A stretch of 64,000 nucleotides of DNA from a bacterium (GCA_963693055.1 OY843751.1:3744001-3808000); one strand, 5' to 3'; shown: positions 44,013-55,026, numbered from the stretch's first letter. Notes: a model not told the origin generated them from the sequence alone. Numbers and translations are program-made.

Positions 44013-45185
44013 TTAATCATTTTTTACACATCTAAATCCCAAACCTGTACCACCAGCTTTAGGAGCTCCCCCGCCCCTGGATGCAAGCAAAGAAACCTGT
44101 GTTTCGGGATTAATAGAGGTACTCCATGCTCCTCCCCTAACCACTTTGGCGGTTCCCTCTTTGGGACCTTGAGGATCATTCAGGATCAGCTGCTTGTAAT
44201 AATCGGCATCATACCAATCATTACACCATTCCGACACATTGCCGTTCATATCATAAATCCCCAGCTCATTGGGCTCCAAATGGCCAACCGGCCGGGTTGC
44301 AATAACTCCCTGAGCCCCATTTATATTAAACCAGGCAACATCCATCCAGTTATCGCTGCCGCTATAAAAATAATTATTGCTCAATTCACCGCCACGTGCA
44401 GCATATTCCCATTGGGCTTCAGTAGGCAGACTTTTGCCATAAAATTCTGCATACATTTTGGCCCCATACCAGGTTACATAAGCCGCAGGATAGGATTCCT
44501 TACCCTTATCAATAATAAATCTGCCTTTTTCAAAGCAAAAATGATGTGGAAAATACCCAAACCAGTAATCCCTTGCAACCAAATTGACACCATCACATGT
44601 AATATCTCCAAGGTAATGCTCTATCAATCCTTCGGAATAGGCTTGATTTAAAAATCTCACAAACTGTGCGTTGGTCACTTCATATTTATCCATATAAAAG
44701 CTTGTTATATGAACTTGATGCACAGGCTTGCAATTGTCCCGTCCATTTTCATCTCCCATAAAAAAATATCCCGCACTAATAAATGCCATTTCATCAGGAT
44801 CATGCAATTCTATCTCAAGTGTAGTTGATTGCCCGTCGTCAACTTTGACATTACGTTGAACTCCAAAATAAATCAACGTGCTGTCAACAATATAGTTTGC
44901 AGCTACAACATATCTGTCACCTTTGGGGATTATCAGAGTCCCCTCAAAATGATCACCCTTATCTGAGAGCTCTATTTCTGCAATTTTATTATAAACATCA
45001 GAAGTTACAATGACCTCTATTTTCTGATCACTCGACAAACCTTTATCAAGTTGATCTTTGAGGGAAGCAGGAAAAATCAGATCGAGTGCAAGACTGCCAC
45101 CCTGCTCAGGCTCCAATGCAGTATTTATGCAGCCTGCGATTATAATCAGAATTATTGATGTTAAAAATGTTTTCCCCAAATCCAA
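44013..45185 (-). CDS. Lipoprotein: N-terminal beta-sandwich + FGE/SUMF1-like (C-type lectin fold) domain
   Basis: Lipobox IAGC; LPTEAQWEYAARGG, YDMNGNVSEWC, RGGAW, GFRCVK. Confidence 0.85.
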   Translation of the reverse strand: MDLGKTFLTSIILIIIAGCINTALEPEQGGSLALDLIFPASLKDQLDKGLSSDQKIEVIVTSDVYNKIAEIELSDKGDHFEGTLIIPKGDRYVVAANYIVDSTLIYFGVQRNVKVDDGQSTTLEIELHDPDEMAFISAGYFFMGDENGRDNCKPVHQVHITSFYMDKYEVTNAQFVRFLNQAYSEGLIEHYLGDITCDGVNLVARDYWFGYFPHHFCFEKGRFIIDKGKESYPAAYVTWYGAKMYAEFYGKSLPTEAQWEYAARGGELSNNYFYSGSDNWMDVAWFNINGAQGVIATRPVGHLEPNELGIYDMNGNVSEWCNDWYDADYYKQLILNDPQGPKEGTAKVVRGGAWSTSINPETQVSLLASRGGGAPKAGGTGLGFRCVKND

Positions 45186-45210
45186 TTCCCCTTTTTAATG
45201 TAATATAATA

Positions 45211-46428
45211 CTAGAAATCATTTTTAATACAACGGAATCCCCAATATTGCGTACCACTCGAAGGACCTGTTGCACTCCGGTATGTCACATGGTATACAGA
45301 ATAATCTTCATCTCCCATCTGGCTTTCACTAAATTTATAATACCAATTGCCGCCTCGCAGCACTTTTGAGCGGCCTTCTTCAGGACCTTGGGGATTATAG
45401 TAAGGGCTTTTGTTGTAATAATCTGTACTATACCAGTCACTACACCATTCAGAAAGGTTCCCGCTCATATCATGAATACCAAGTTCATTTGGGTCAAGAT
45501 GCCCTACAGGTCTTGTAAGACAATGAGAATCAATAGAACTTACTTTGAACCAGCCGACATCAAGCCAGTTATTACTACCGCTATAATCATAATAATGTGT
45601 CTGTTCACCACCTCGGGCGGCATATTCCCATTGTGCTTCGGTGGGCAGCTCCTTGCCATAATATTCTGCATAACACCTGGCACCATACCAGGTCACAAAC
45701 GCTACAGGATTGGATTCTTTATAAGCATCGATAACAAATTCACCATTATCAAAATGGTATTGGTGAAGTTTATATCCATAATAGTAATCTTTTCTCACAA
45801 GCGGAATTCCATCTTTGGTGATATCACCAGTGGCAGTACATTGAATGTAGCCATTTGAATACGCCTCATTCAAAAATCTTGTAAATTGTGCATTGGTCAC
45901 TTCATATTTATCAATATAAAATCCCTCAATATATACAGAATGTACGGGTTGGGCATTATCCAGTCCATTTTCATTCCCCATAAAAAACTCACCCGAACTT
46001 ACAAAAACCATTTCATCAGGATCATTCAGCTTTATTTCGACAATTTGCTTACTGCTGTTTTTGATTTTCACATTCCGCCTGACTCCAAAATATACCAATT
46101 TATCATCCACAAAATAGTTCACAGAAACAATATAATCATCGCCTTTGGGTACAATGATTGTCCCCTTGTATGCTTCTCCGGTATCTAAAAGTTCAGCTTC
46201 AGCAACCTTATTATATGCGGTAGAAGTCACCAATACCTGAATTTTTATTTCATCTGCTGTTTTTTTGTCGACATGGGTGTTCTGTGATTCGGGGAATGAC
46301 AATTCTACGACCAGGCTGCCCCCGTCAATATCCGGCCCGGTCGGGTCATTTTTCTGACACGATAAATATCCGAATAAAGAAACAAATAAGATAATTATTA
46401 TGCTTAACCTGAAAAAATTCATACCCAC
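45211..46428 (-). CDS. Lipoprotein paralog: N-terminal beta-sandwich + FGE/SUMF1-like domain
   Basis: Lipobox YLSC; LPTEAQWEYAARGG, HDMSGNLSEWC, RGGNW, GFRCIK. Confidence 0.85.
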   Translation of the reverse strand: MGMNFFRLSIIIILFVSLFGYLSCQKNDPTGPDIDGGSLVVELSFPESQNTHVDKKTADEIKIQVLVTSTAYNKVAEAELLDTGEAYKGTIIVPKGDDYIVSVNYFVDDKLVYFGVRRNVKIKNSSKQIVEIKLNDPDEMVFVSSGEFFMGNENGLDNAQPVHSVYIEGFYIDKYEVTNAQFTRFLNEAYSNGYIQCTATGDITKDGIPLVRKDYYYGYKLHQYHFDNGEFVIDAYKESNPVAFVTWYGARCYAEYYGKELPTEAQWEYAARGGEQTHYYDYSGSNNWLDVGWFKVSSIDSHCLTRPVGHLDPNELGIHDMSGNLSEWCSDWYSTDYYNKSPYYNPQGPEEGRSKVLRGGNWYYKFSESQMGDEDYSVYHVTYRSATGPSSGTQYWGFRCIKNDF

Positions 46429-46431
46429 CCC

Positions 46432-47448
46432 CTATTCATTTACTTTGGGTACAATAACTGTTATTCTACCCTCGCCGGGATCATCGTAATTTAATGAAAA
46501 ACCGTCAGTTGCAAAATAGGCAACGCCATAACAGGTTCCCAATGTTGTAAGGGTTACCCAATACCAGGCAAGCCCCTTTTCTTCTTCTTCATACGTCAGT
46601 AATGCAGCGTCAATACCTTTCAGGGGCTCCATCTTGATATCCCGAAACAATGTATCATTTTCAGCAATTTTCAACTTGTCGTTAATGGTTTCAAATCCAT
46701 TACGCTTTACAGTTAAATCATATTCACCAACTGGCAAATCTGTAAAAATATATGTACCAGTCGATGCAAAATAATCTTTATCGGCATTAATCAATTCCAC
46801 CTTGGCATCTTTGGGAAAAGTAGTAATATCTAACCGCCCTGTCTTGAGCTTGGGAAAAAGGCTTATTTCCAGATCATCATTGGGCTTTAATAAAAGGGTT
46901 ATCTCTTCCGGAACCGCATTATCCATTTCTGCGCGCAGTGTAATTTGAGAAGGCAGTAATTCTATATTTTGCAATTTTGTTTGCAGCATTCCATCAAGAT
47001 AAACAACCGCCCCTGGTCTGGCAGAAATACTCAATTTTGCGGTTTGGTTTTGTGCTTCAATCTGATTTTGATCTAGTGCGGCATCAATAATTGCCAATTG
47101 TATAACCACAAGATCGTCCAGTTGTATGTTATAATCCATAAACAGTATGGTCAATGGATTAAAATCGGGGTGCATAATTTTGAGAAAAGGATCATCCGGC
47201 GACAGATAAACAATCTCCATTCCGTTATGCACTTCTACCTGTACAGCCCCCCTGGCACTTTCGTATTGCAGATTGTCAATATCAGTAAGGATTTGTACTG
47301 CAGCACACAATCTATTTTGCACATCTCTAACCTGGGAGATATTGGCTTGAATTTTCTCTGGTCCCCGTATGATCTTGAACTCTGCCAATTGTGCAAATAG
47401 AGCCAGAGGAAGAAACAAAATAAAACAGACAAAAATTAACTGTTTCAT
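46432..47448 (-). CDS. PEGA-domain protein with C-terminal hydrophobic segment
   Basis: Signal peptide; PGAVVYLDG, GRLDITTFPKDAKV, LPVGEYDLTVKRNGF; hydrophobic WYWVTLTTLGTCYGVAYF near the C-terminus. Confidence 0.75.
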   Translation of the reverse strand: MKQLIFVCFILFLPLALFAQLAEFKIIRGPEKIQANISQVRDVQNRLCAAVQILTDIDNLQYESARGAVQVEVHNGMEIVYLSPDDPFLKIMHPDFNPLTILFMDYNIQLDDLVVIQLAIIDAALDQNQIEAQNQTAKLSISARPGAVVYLDGMLQTKLQNIELLPSQITLRAEMDNAVPEEITLLLKPNDDLEISLFPKLKTGRLDITTFPKDAKVELINADKDYFASTGTYIFTDLPVGEYDLTVKRNGFETINDKLKIAENDTLFRDIKMEPLKGIDAALLTYEEEEKGLAWYWVTLTTLGTCYGVAYFATDGFSLNYDDPGEGRITVIVPKVNE

Positions 47449-47539
47449 AGTTACCCCTTATTTTACGACTAAAAATTAGAAATGCTACCTTCCCTTTTTG
47501 ATTATATCAAATAAATATTAATAAATCAAGAACAAACAC

Positions 47540-47574
47540 AAAAAAAATCCCTGCCGGTAAACCAACAGGGATTT
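47540..47574 (-). terminator. Intrinsic terminator after the PQQ-propeller gene
   Basis: Minus strand AAATCCCTGTTGGT-TT-ACCGGCAGGGATTT plus U-tract. Confidence 0.85.
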
Positions 47575-47595
47575 AAATTTAAAAAAAGTTTCAAT

Positions 47596-50500
47596 TTATT
47601 TCATCAATATCATGCGTCGTGTTTGAGAAAATTCACCCGCCTTTACTCGATAAAAATAAAGACCGGTAGCCACCCGTTCACCATTTGAATTTGTACCATC
47701 CCACACAAAGCTGTGGTATCCTGCACGTTGAGTGGTATTTGTCAATTGCTTAACCAGGTTTCCATTTATATTAAACACATCCAGAGTTACGTGTGCCTGT
47801 TCTGGTAACGCGTATTTGATAACAGTTACCGGATTAAAGGGATTGGGATAGTTCTGGAATAAAGCATAATCTGTAATAATTGCGGATTCGTCATCATTAA
47901 CAGATACGATCACCTGGGAATCAGCAGTCATTCCGCTATTTTTCACATCAGCATGAAATCTGGGCCATGGAGTATTTGCCAGGCCTTCACTGGTTGTTTG
48001 CAGTGCATAAAAATAACCATCCATTGAACCGGCATACAAACTGCCATCACTCAGCAGGACTGGTGAAGCAAGACTGAATGCACTATCTGCTTTGAATGAC
48101 CATAACAATGCTCCCCTGGGATCCAGGGCATAAATAGAGTTATCTAAAGAAGCTGTGTATACTGTACTGTCAGCTCCAACCATTACAGACCTGACCGGAC
48201 CACCGGTCTTATACGACCATAATAGCGAGCCATCAGCATCAATTACATACATTGTACTGTCATCCGAGCCAACACAGACACTTTCTCCATATTGTATAAC
48301 TGGCGATGATTTGACAGGGCCATCAGTAGTATATGTCCATTTTAATGAACCATCGGGATTGAGTACATACAGACTGCCATCATCAGAACCGATATAAATA
48401 ACACTGTTTTCACCGATAGCAGGTGATGATTGAACCGGTGCTGTTGTTTCATATTTGAATATCAATTCTCCCAGAGGTGAAAAAGCATATACAAAATGGT
48501 CAGCAGAACCTACATAAACATTTCCATACTTGCCAATCGCAGCAGAGGATGTTATAACACCATCTGTTTTATATGACCAGTTTAAAGAACCATCCGCATT
48601 TAATGCGTAAAAAGTACTGTCCTGAGATCCTACATAGATATTACCCTCCGGATGAATTGCCGGCGTTGCCGTCACTTTATCATTTGTTTCAAAACTCCAG
48701 TTCAGCGAGCCATCAGGATTCAATGCGTAAATATTATTATCACTTGATCCCATATAAATGGTCTCATCTGCACCAATAACCGGTGCTGTAAGCAAAGAAT
48801 CACTTATATTTTCAGACCATTGCTCTGTCCCATCAGGATGCATTGCATACAACATTCCATTCGTGTCAGTAAAAACCAATGTAGAGTCGTTTAATACCGC
48901 TGGAGAAGTAGAAATGCTGTGATCTATCTGACAAGACCAGAGTTGGTTGGTATAATTTATAACCACTACTGTAGAATTTGCGCCATCATCCATGTCTGTT
49001 ACGGTTAATAAATATTTGTACTCACCATACACAGAATTCAAAAAAGTAACTGTAGGATTAGCAAGCGTAGAATCAGAAATTTCCACCAGACCGCCTTCCG
49101 GCTGGTCAATTAAACTCCAGGCAAAATACAAATCGTCACCATCAAAATCCGTTGATTCACTGGCGTCAAGTGTTACAGTTTCACCAATCTTTGCAGTTAT
49201 ATAATCATTTTCAACTTGAGCTACCGGGACATAGAGATTTTCAACATTGGATGTGTTGGCATTGTTTTGACCAAATGTGGGCCAGGAACTTTTTGCAAGC
49301 CCCATGCTTTCTGTTTGGAGTGCGTATAATTTATCATCACGTGTTCCAAAATAAAGTATACCGTCGTTACTGAGGATCATTGGTGCATCAACATCATTTT
49401 CTGCCTTATATTTCCATTTCAATGATCCATTTGGGTTCAACGCGTACAAAAACATGTCTCGAGACCCAAAATAAATGGTCCCATCTGCTCCAATTGCAGC
49501 GGTACTCCAACTCATGCGAGGAGTTTTAAAACTCCAGCGAAAACCTCCATCGGCATTCAATGCATGGAAATAATCATCATCCGCATATAAGTAAATAGCT
49601 CCATCTTTATCAATTACAGGAGACCCAATATCTCCCGTAGATCCATCAACCTGTCTGTTCCATAAAAGCTCTCCATCAGGCGTAAAAGATGCAACTTTAC
49701 TTACACTATTATAGCCTGTACTTATAATTATAGAACCATCAGCGGCAATAGCAGGTGCTGTTGAAATAAATCCACCAATTTTATAAGACCAGTACAGAGA
49801 TCCATCTTTATTTAATGCATATACTGTTTCTTGTGATGCACAGAAATAGATTTTACCATTAAAACCAATTGACGGTGATGATCTAATACCACTGATTGCT
49901 TTAAACTTCCATTTCAAACTGCCATCAGCATTAATAGCATACAAATATTCATCATCACAACCAAAATACAAAGTACCATCTGAATCAATCGCCACATGAC
50001 TTCTAATTTGATCATCAACTTGAAATGTCCATAATAGATTACCATCAGAGGTTACCGCATACAACTTGCCCGGGTATGTAATGAAATAAACAATTCCATC
50101 AGAACTGATAGACGGTGCATAATAGCTTCTTTCCGAGGCTTTATACTTCCAAAGCAAACTTCCATCAGGATTTAATTTATAAAGAAAGCTGTCAGATGAG
50201 CAGCAATATATTGATCCATCGTTCCCAATTGCAGCCGAAGAATAGATATTATCAGAGGTACCAAATCTCCACAATAAATTACCATAATCAATATAAACAT
50301 GATTATAGCTTTTGTTCCCATCTGCATCAGTTACGGTTAATCGAATCTTGTACAATCCATAAACATTTGTATCCAGCATAAAATTAGAAACTGCGGATTG
50401 AGGATCGCTAATATCTACTTTACCACCATCAGGTAAAGTAGTGACTGTCCATTCAAACTGCAACTCGTTACCATCAGGATCAAATGAACCACTACCATCC

Positions 50501-51678
50501 AATTCAACACTGGAATGCGGTTCTGCATGGATGGTGTCAACTGAGGTCACAACACGGGGAAACTCGTTATTTTCATTACTCCCCGTATTTGCACTGTTTT
50601 GTCGCATAGCCGGCCAGGGTGTATCTGCCAGTCCTGCACTGGAGCAGTTGACAGCATACAAAGTACTATCAGAAGAACCTATATACAGTGTACTATCTAG
50701 AGAAAGATTCAAACTGTTACCAGGAGTACCTCCCAATTCACAGTCCCAAAGTTTGGTGCCATTTATATCAACTGCAAACAGATTACCGCTATCTGTAACA
50801 TTGTACAGTACCCGATCTTCACCCATGGCCGAACATAGTACTATACCATCTGTATCCATGGACCATTTTTCATTACCAATAGGATCCAGTGCATAATACA
50901 TACTAGTACCGGTACCAAAATATATATTGTTATGATTATCAAGAATTGGGACAGTGTACATTTTCCCTTGTCTAAAATTTTTATCAAACTCTTCACCATA
51001 AGGATAAAAAATGTTTAATTTGGCGCCCCATGATCCAATATGTAAACGTCCGTCTGAAGCAATTGCGGGACAAATGCCAGGCTTGTAATTAAAACGTAAA
51101 GACCAACTCAGTGTACCATCAATATTTAAAGCATATAGATAATAGGAATCAGATTGCACATAAATAGTTCCATCCGGACCAATTGATGGAGTATGAACGA
51201 GCCCATCTACATAATACGTCCAGGCTAAATTCCCTTCCAGATCAAACGCATAGAGGTTGAAATCTTTAGATCCTATAAATATATAGCCTTCTTTGCTAAT
51301 TGCAGGCGATGTACAAATTGCGCCATTGGTCTTATAATCCCATTTCAAAGAGCCGTCTTTGTTCATAGCATAGATATTACCATCTTTGGAACCAAAGTAA
51401 ATGGTTCCCTCGGAATCTATAGCAGGCGAAGTTTGTACCGAGTCACCAGCCTGATATTTCCACAACAAGGAGCCATCCGGATTAACAGCATATAAATGGT
51501 CATCACTACCTACATAAATTGTTCCATCATCAGCAATCGCCGGAGGAGACTGAATCGCACCTTCTGTTTTGAACTCCCACTTAATTGTCCCCGGTTCCTG
51601 GGCTAACAAAGCCATTCCAGGCACAAGTAAGCATAATAATAGAATAGAAACTGCTTCATAGCAAAAACGCTTCATCAT
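47596..51678 (-). CDS. Secreted protein with three PQQ-like beta-propellers, PKD/Ig spacers and FlgD-Ig/T9SS-like CTD
   Basis: Many SSPAI..DGTIY.GS.D..LYA.N.DGSL.W repeats; LDGSGSFDPDG and LDASESTDFDG; QNYPNPFNP. Confidence 0.9.
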   Translation of the reverse strand: MMKRFCYEAVSILLLCLLVPGMALLAQEPGTIKWEFKTEGAIQSPPAIADDGTIYVGSDDHLYAVNPDGSLLWKYQAGDSVQTSPAIDSEGTIYFGSKDGNIYAMNKDGSLKWDYKTNGAICTSPAISKEGYIFIGSKDFNLYAFDLEGNLAWTYYVDGLVHTPSIGPDGTIYVQSDSYYLYALNIDGTLSWSLRFNYKPGICPAIASDGRLHIGSWGAKLNIFYPYGEEFDKNFRQGKMYTVPILDNHNNIYFGTGTSMYYALDPIGNEKWSMDTDGIVLCSAMGEDRVLYNVTDSGNLFAVDINGTKLWDCELGGTPGNSLNLSLDSTLYIGSSDSTLYAVNCSSAGLADTPWPAMRQNSANTGSNENNEFPRVVTSVDTIHAEPHSSVELDGSGSFDPDGNELQFEWTVTTLPDGGKVDISDPQSAVSNFMLDTNVYGLYKIRLTVTDADGNKSYNHVYIDYGNLLWRFGTSDNIYSSAAIGNDGSIYCCSSDSFLYKLNPDGSLLWKYKASERSYYAPSISSDGIVYFITYPGKLYAVTSDGNLLWTFQVDDQIRSHVAIDSDGTLYFGCDDEYLYAINADGSLKWKFKAISGIRSSPSIGFNGKIYFCASQETVYALNKDGSLYWSYKIGGFISTAPAIAADGSIIISTGYNSVSKVASFTPDGELLWNRQVDGSTGDIGSPVIDKDGAIYLYADDDYFHALNADGGFRWSFKTPRMSWSTAAIGADGTIYFGSRDMFLYALNPNGSLKWKYKAENDVDAPMILSNDGILYFGTRDDKLYALQTESMGLAKSSWPTFGQNNANTSNVENLYVPVAQVENDYITAKIGETVTLDASESTDFDGDDLYFAWSLIDQPEGGLVEISDSTLANPTVTFLNSVYGEYKYLLTVTDMDDGANSTVVVINYTNQLWSCQIDHSISTSPAVLNDSTLVFTDTNGMLYAMHPDGTEQWSENISDSLLTAPVIGADETIYMGSSDNNIYALNPDGSLNWSFETNDKVTATPAIHPEGNIYVGSQDSTFYALNADGSLNWSYKTDGVITSSAAIGKYGNVYVGSADHFVYAFSPLGELIFKYETTAPVQSSPAIGENSVIYIGSDDGSLYVLNPDGSLKWTYTTDGPVKSSPVIQYGESVCVGSDDSTMYVIDADGSLLWSYKTGGPVRSVMVGADSTVYTASLDNSIYALDPRGALLWSFKADSAFSLASPVLLSDGSLYAGSMDGYFYALQTTSEGLANTPWPRFHADVKNSGMTADSQVIVSVNDDESAIITDYALFQNYPNPFNPVTVIKYALPEQAHVTLDVFNINGNLVKQLTNTTQRAGYHSFVWDGTNSNGERVATGLYFYRVKAGEFSQTRRMILMK

Positions 51679-51788
51679 CGCATTTCCCCTGTTTTAAATT
51701 TTTATTAATTCGAGTTTCGCCTGTGGAAATCCCCACCAGCATGATATGTTGTGGTATTAAATTACAAAATTATATAAAAGTTCCAAAT

Positions 51789-51823
51789 AAAAAAAAAGCC
51801 CTGCCGGTAAACCAACAGGGCTT
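51789..51823 (-). terminator. Intrinsic terminator after hppA (near-copy of 47540-47574)
   Basis: Minus strand AAGCCCTGTTGGT-TT-ACCGGCAGGGCTT plus U-tract. Confidence 0.85.
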
Positions 51824-51849
51824 GTATATTCTATATATTAATATGAATA

Positions 51850-54057
51850 TTACAGTAATGAAAAAGCTACAGTCAAACCCGCCATTACGATTGACACCAT
51901 ACTCATCAATTTGATAAGGATGTTCAAGCTAGGACCTGAGGTATCTTTGAAAGGATCACCAACAGTATCACCAGTAACAGCAGCTTTGTGAGCTTCGGAA
52001 CCTTTACCGCCATGAGCGCCAGATTCAATGTATTTTTTAGCATTGTCCCATGAACCACCTGCATTAGCCATAAACACAGCCAATACAAAACCAGCAGACA
52101 AGCCACCGGTCAACAGTCCCATAACACCAGCTACACCAAAGATCAAACCGGTTAAAATAGGAGCTGCAATAGCGAGCAATGAAGGAATCAACATTTCACG
52201 CTGTGCGCCTTTGGTAGAGATAGCAACACAAGAAGCGTAATCGGGTTCGGTTTCACCTTCCATAATACCTTTGATTTCGCGGAACTGACGACGCACTTCT
52301 TCAACCATAGATTGAGCAGCACGACCTACAGCGTTCATGGTCAAACCACAGAACATAAAGGCCATCATAGATCCAATGAACATACCCATCAATACTTTGG
52401 GGTTCATCAGGTGAACATCATAATTATGCATAAAATCGATCAAAGTAAGTTTGGAAACATCTACTACAGAATCCAAAGACAAACCATTGGGAAATGTATA
52501 AGAACCGGTATTTTCTACGATACGAACAATACCAATTTTCAATTCTTCAATATATGAAGCCAACAAGGCCAATGCAGTTAATGCAGCCGAACCAATTGCA
52601 AAACCTTTACCGGTAGCAGCAGTGGTGTTACCTAAAGAATCGAGAGCATCAGTACGTTTACGTACCTCTGGTCCAAGACCGCTCATTTCAGCGTTACCAC
52701 CTGCGTTATCAGCGATTGGGCCGTAAGCATCAGTAGCCAGGGTGATACCCAGGGTTGAAAGCATACCAACAGCGGCAATACCAATACCGTAAAGACCCAT
52801 TGATAAATCAGTCATATCAAATCTTGCTGCAGTCAAAAAAGCCAGTATGGTACCAACAACAATGGTCAACACCGGGAAAGCGGTAGAGAACATACCGGTA
52901 CCGATTCCTGAAATAATAACAGTTGCAGGACCGGTTTCGGCACTTGCAGCAATTTTACGGGTTGGTTTATATGCTTCAGAAGTAAAATATTCAGTTTCTT
53001 TACCAATCAACCATCCGGTTAACAGACCCACAACGATTGAGCCCCAGAGACCCCATACATTGGGAATGCCAAGAGCAGTAAGAATAACCCAGGAAAGGAT
53101 AATGATCAACAATGAAGAAAGATCAACACCTTTACCCAAAGCGCCCAACAATTGTTTTTGTGTGGCATTTTCTTTGGTACGAACTGCAAAAATACCAACG
53201 ATAGATAACAAAGTACCAACAGCTGCGATCAACATGGGAGCCAATACAGCTTTTAACTGCAAATCGCCCTGATGCATAAATGCAGCAGCACCCAATGCAG
53301 CTGTAGCCAAAACAGAACCAGCATAAGATTCATACAAGTCTGCACCCATACCAGCAACGTCACCAACATTGTCACCAACATTGTCTGCGATGGTAGCAGG
53401 GTTACGAGGATCATCTTCAGGGATACCGGCTTCAACTTTACCTACCAGATCAGCGCCAACATCAGCAGCTTTGGTATAAATACCACCACCAACACGTGCA
53501 AACAATGCCTGGGTAGAAGCACCCATACCAAAAGTAAGCATAGTGGTTGTGATAACAACAAGTTTATGACCAGGATCAGATTCAGGAATCAATGCGGTAA
53601 GAACGATGAACCACAATGCGATATCCAAAAGTGCCAAACCAACAACAACCAGCCCCATAACAGCACCTGAACGGAAAGCAACCTGCAAACCTTTATTCAG
53701 AGACTTTTGAGCAGCGTTAGCAGTACGGGCACTTGCATAAGTAGCGGTTTTCATTCCAAAAAAACCAGCCAAACCGGAAAAGAAACCACCGGTCAAAAAT
53801 GCAAACCATACAAAACCATTTTGATATCCACCAAAAGCCATAAGAGCAAATAAAGCGGTCAAAACAGCAAAAACAATTGTTACAACTTTATATTGTTGTG
53901 TGAGGTAAGCCATAGCGCCAGTACGTACGTGCTGAGCGATTTCTTTCATGCGGTCTGTACCTTCGTCTTCGGCCATTAATTTTTTGAAAAAATACCAGGC
54001 AAATCCAAGAGCTAGCACAGAAGCGATAGGAACAATCCAAAAAAGATTATTAGACAT
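51850..54057 (-). CDS. hppA: Membrane-integral pyrophosphatase, K+-dependent
   Basis: [69 protein letters not shown]. Confidence 0.97.
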   Translation of the reverse strand: MSNNLFWIVPIASVLALGFAWYFFKKLMAEDEGTDRMKEIAQHVRTGAMAYLTQQYKVVTIVFAVLTALFALMAFGGYQNGFVWFAFLTGGFFSGLAGFFGMKTATYASARTANAAQKSLNKGLQVAFRSGAVMGLVVVGLALLDIALWFIVLTALIPESDPGHKLVVITTTMLTFGMGASTQALFARVGGGIYTKAADVGADLVGKVEAGIPEDDPRNPATIADNVGDNVGDVAGMGADLYESYAGSVLATAALGAAAFMHQGDLQLKAVLAPMLIAAVGTLLSIVGIFAVRTKENATQKQLLGALGKGVDLSSLLIIILSWVILTALGIPNVWGLWGSIVVGLLTGWLIGKETEYFTSEAYKPTRKIAASAETGPATVIISGIGTGMFSTAFPVLTIVVGTILAFLTAARFDMTDLSMGLYGIGIAAVGMLSTLGITLATDAYGPIADNAGGNAEMSGLGPEVRKRTDALDSLGNTTAATGKGFAIGSAALTALALLASYIEELKIGIVRIVENTGSYTFPNGLSLDSVVDVSKLTLIDFMHNYDVHLMNPKVLMGMFIGSMMAFMFCGLTMNAVGRAAQSMVEEVRRQFREIKGIMEGETEPDYASCVAISTKGAQREMLIPSLLAIAAPILTGLIFGVAGVMGLLTGGLSAGFVLAVFMANAGGSWDNAKKYIESGAHGGKGSEAHKAAVTGDTVGDPFKDTSGPSLNILIKLMSMVSIVMAGLTVAFSLL

Positions 54058-54105
54058 CTCCTCTCCTTATAAGATTAGTGTGAGTTATATATATTAAAAT
54101 ATTTG

Positions 54106-54879
54106 CTAAAAGCCTATAGTTAAAGCCGATCTCCACCAGTGGTGATGTTTCTCTTCAAGTTCCATATCTGATGGGAACGGGTAAAAATTAAAAGTTTTCT
54201 GATCACCAACAAAAAATCCGTTCTTGATAGTCCGGTATAATATGTCCCGATGAAAGCAGCGAAGTACCGTTTTGGTCCGTTTCTCGGTATTCTTTTGCAG
54301 ATCAATCAGACAATCCCGTAAATGATCAATATTGGCATAAGGTAAATTTTCCGTAGAGCCGTCCGTGGGATTGTTTGCCAGTTCTTCAAGTACAAGTTCT
54401 ACAAAAATCAAACGAGGAACTGAAATGGGATTTTTCCGATCCGTTACAAATTTGCAAAACTCTTGCGGATCCAGACTACTGGCAATCTGTGGCATTACCG
54501 GACCCAATTCCTGGTACAGGTGCAAAATAGAATTGTCGGTATTGACATATTCCTGCTTTTGCAATTCAAGCACTCTGCCATCATCAGTTACAAGGAAAAG
54601 ATTCTGCAAAGCATCATTGGGAATATGTTCAACCACACGATACACAGATAAATACAAAGAACGTTTGGGTGATCCATCAGGGTGCGGCTGGCACCTTTCG
54701 TCAACATCCTTGAATGGAAAATGATCACTCTTGAATGCCGGATCAACCTGAAAAAAGATCGCTTCTCCATGTGTACGTTTTTTAGTTCCTACCGCCAAAT
54801 ACTTGCCAAATTCAATGGGCGGAAGCATAGATGCGATCAAAGACTCGGGTGTTAAAGACAAGTACAGATACCTTTTCAT
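54106..54879 (-). CDS. Hypothetical cytoplasmic protein
   Basis: 257-aa ORF with AGGAG RBS and an upstream promoter; no family motif that I can name. Confidence 0.75.
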   Translation of the reverse strand: MKRYLYLSLTPESLIASMLPPIEFGKYLAVGTKKRTHGEAIFFQVDPAFKSDHFPFKDVDERCQPHPDGSPKRSLYLSVYRVVEHIPNDALQNLFLVTDDGRVLELQKQEYVNTDNSILHLYQELGPVMPQIASSLDPQEFCKFVTDRKNPISVPRLIFVELVLEELANNPTDGSTENLPYANIDHLRDCLIDLQKNTEKRTKTVLRCFHRDILYRTIKNGFFVGDQKTFNFYPFPSDMELEEKHHHWWRSALTIGF

Positions 54880-54997
54880 GACACTCTCCTTAATTTGTTT
54901 GTTGTTAACGAGTTGTGCCGCCGTCCGAAGGTTTAGTCGGTTCTGAAATTCATATCTGCAACAATGTCATTTCCTGACGAACAGAAAACAAGATTGC

Positions 54998-55026
54998 AAT
55001 ATAATAACTTTTTACAATAATGTCAA
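54998..55026 (-). promoter_or_regulatory. Sigma70-type promoter
   Basis: Minus strand TTGACA-17 nt-TATATT. Confidence 0.6.

Noticed and set aside
54885-54990. Known riboswitch in the leader of the 257-aa gene
   Set aside because: A GC-richer patch is present, but I could not match it to any riboswitch consensus and no terminator is evident.
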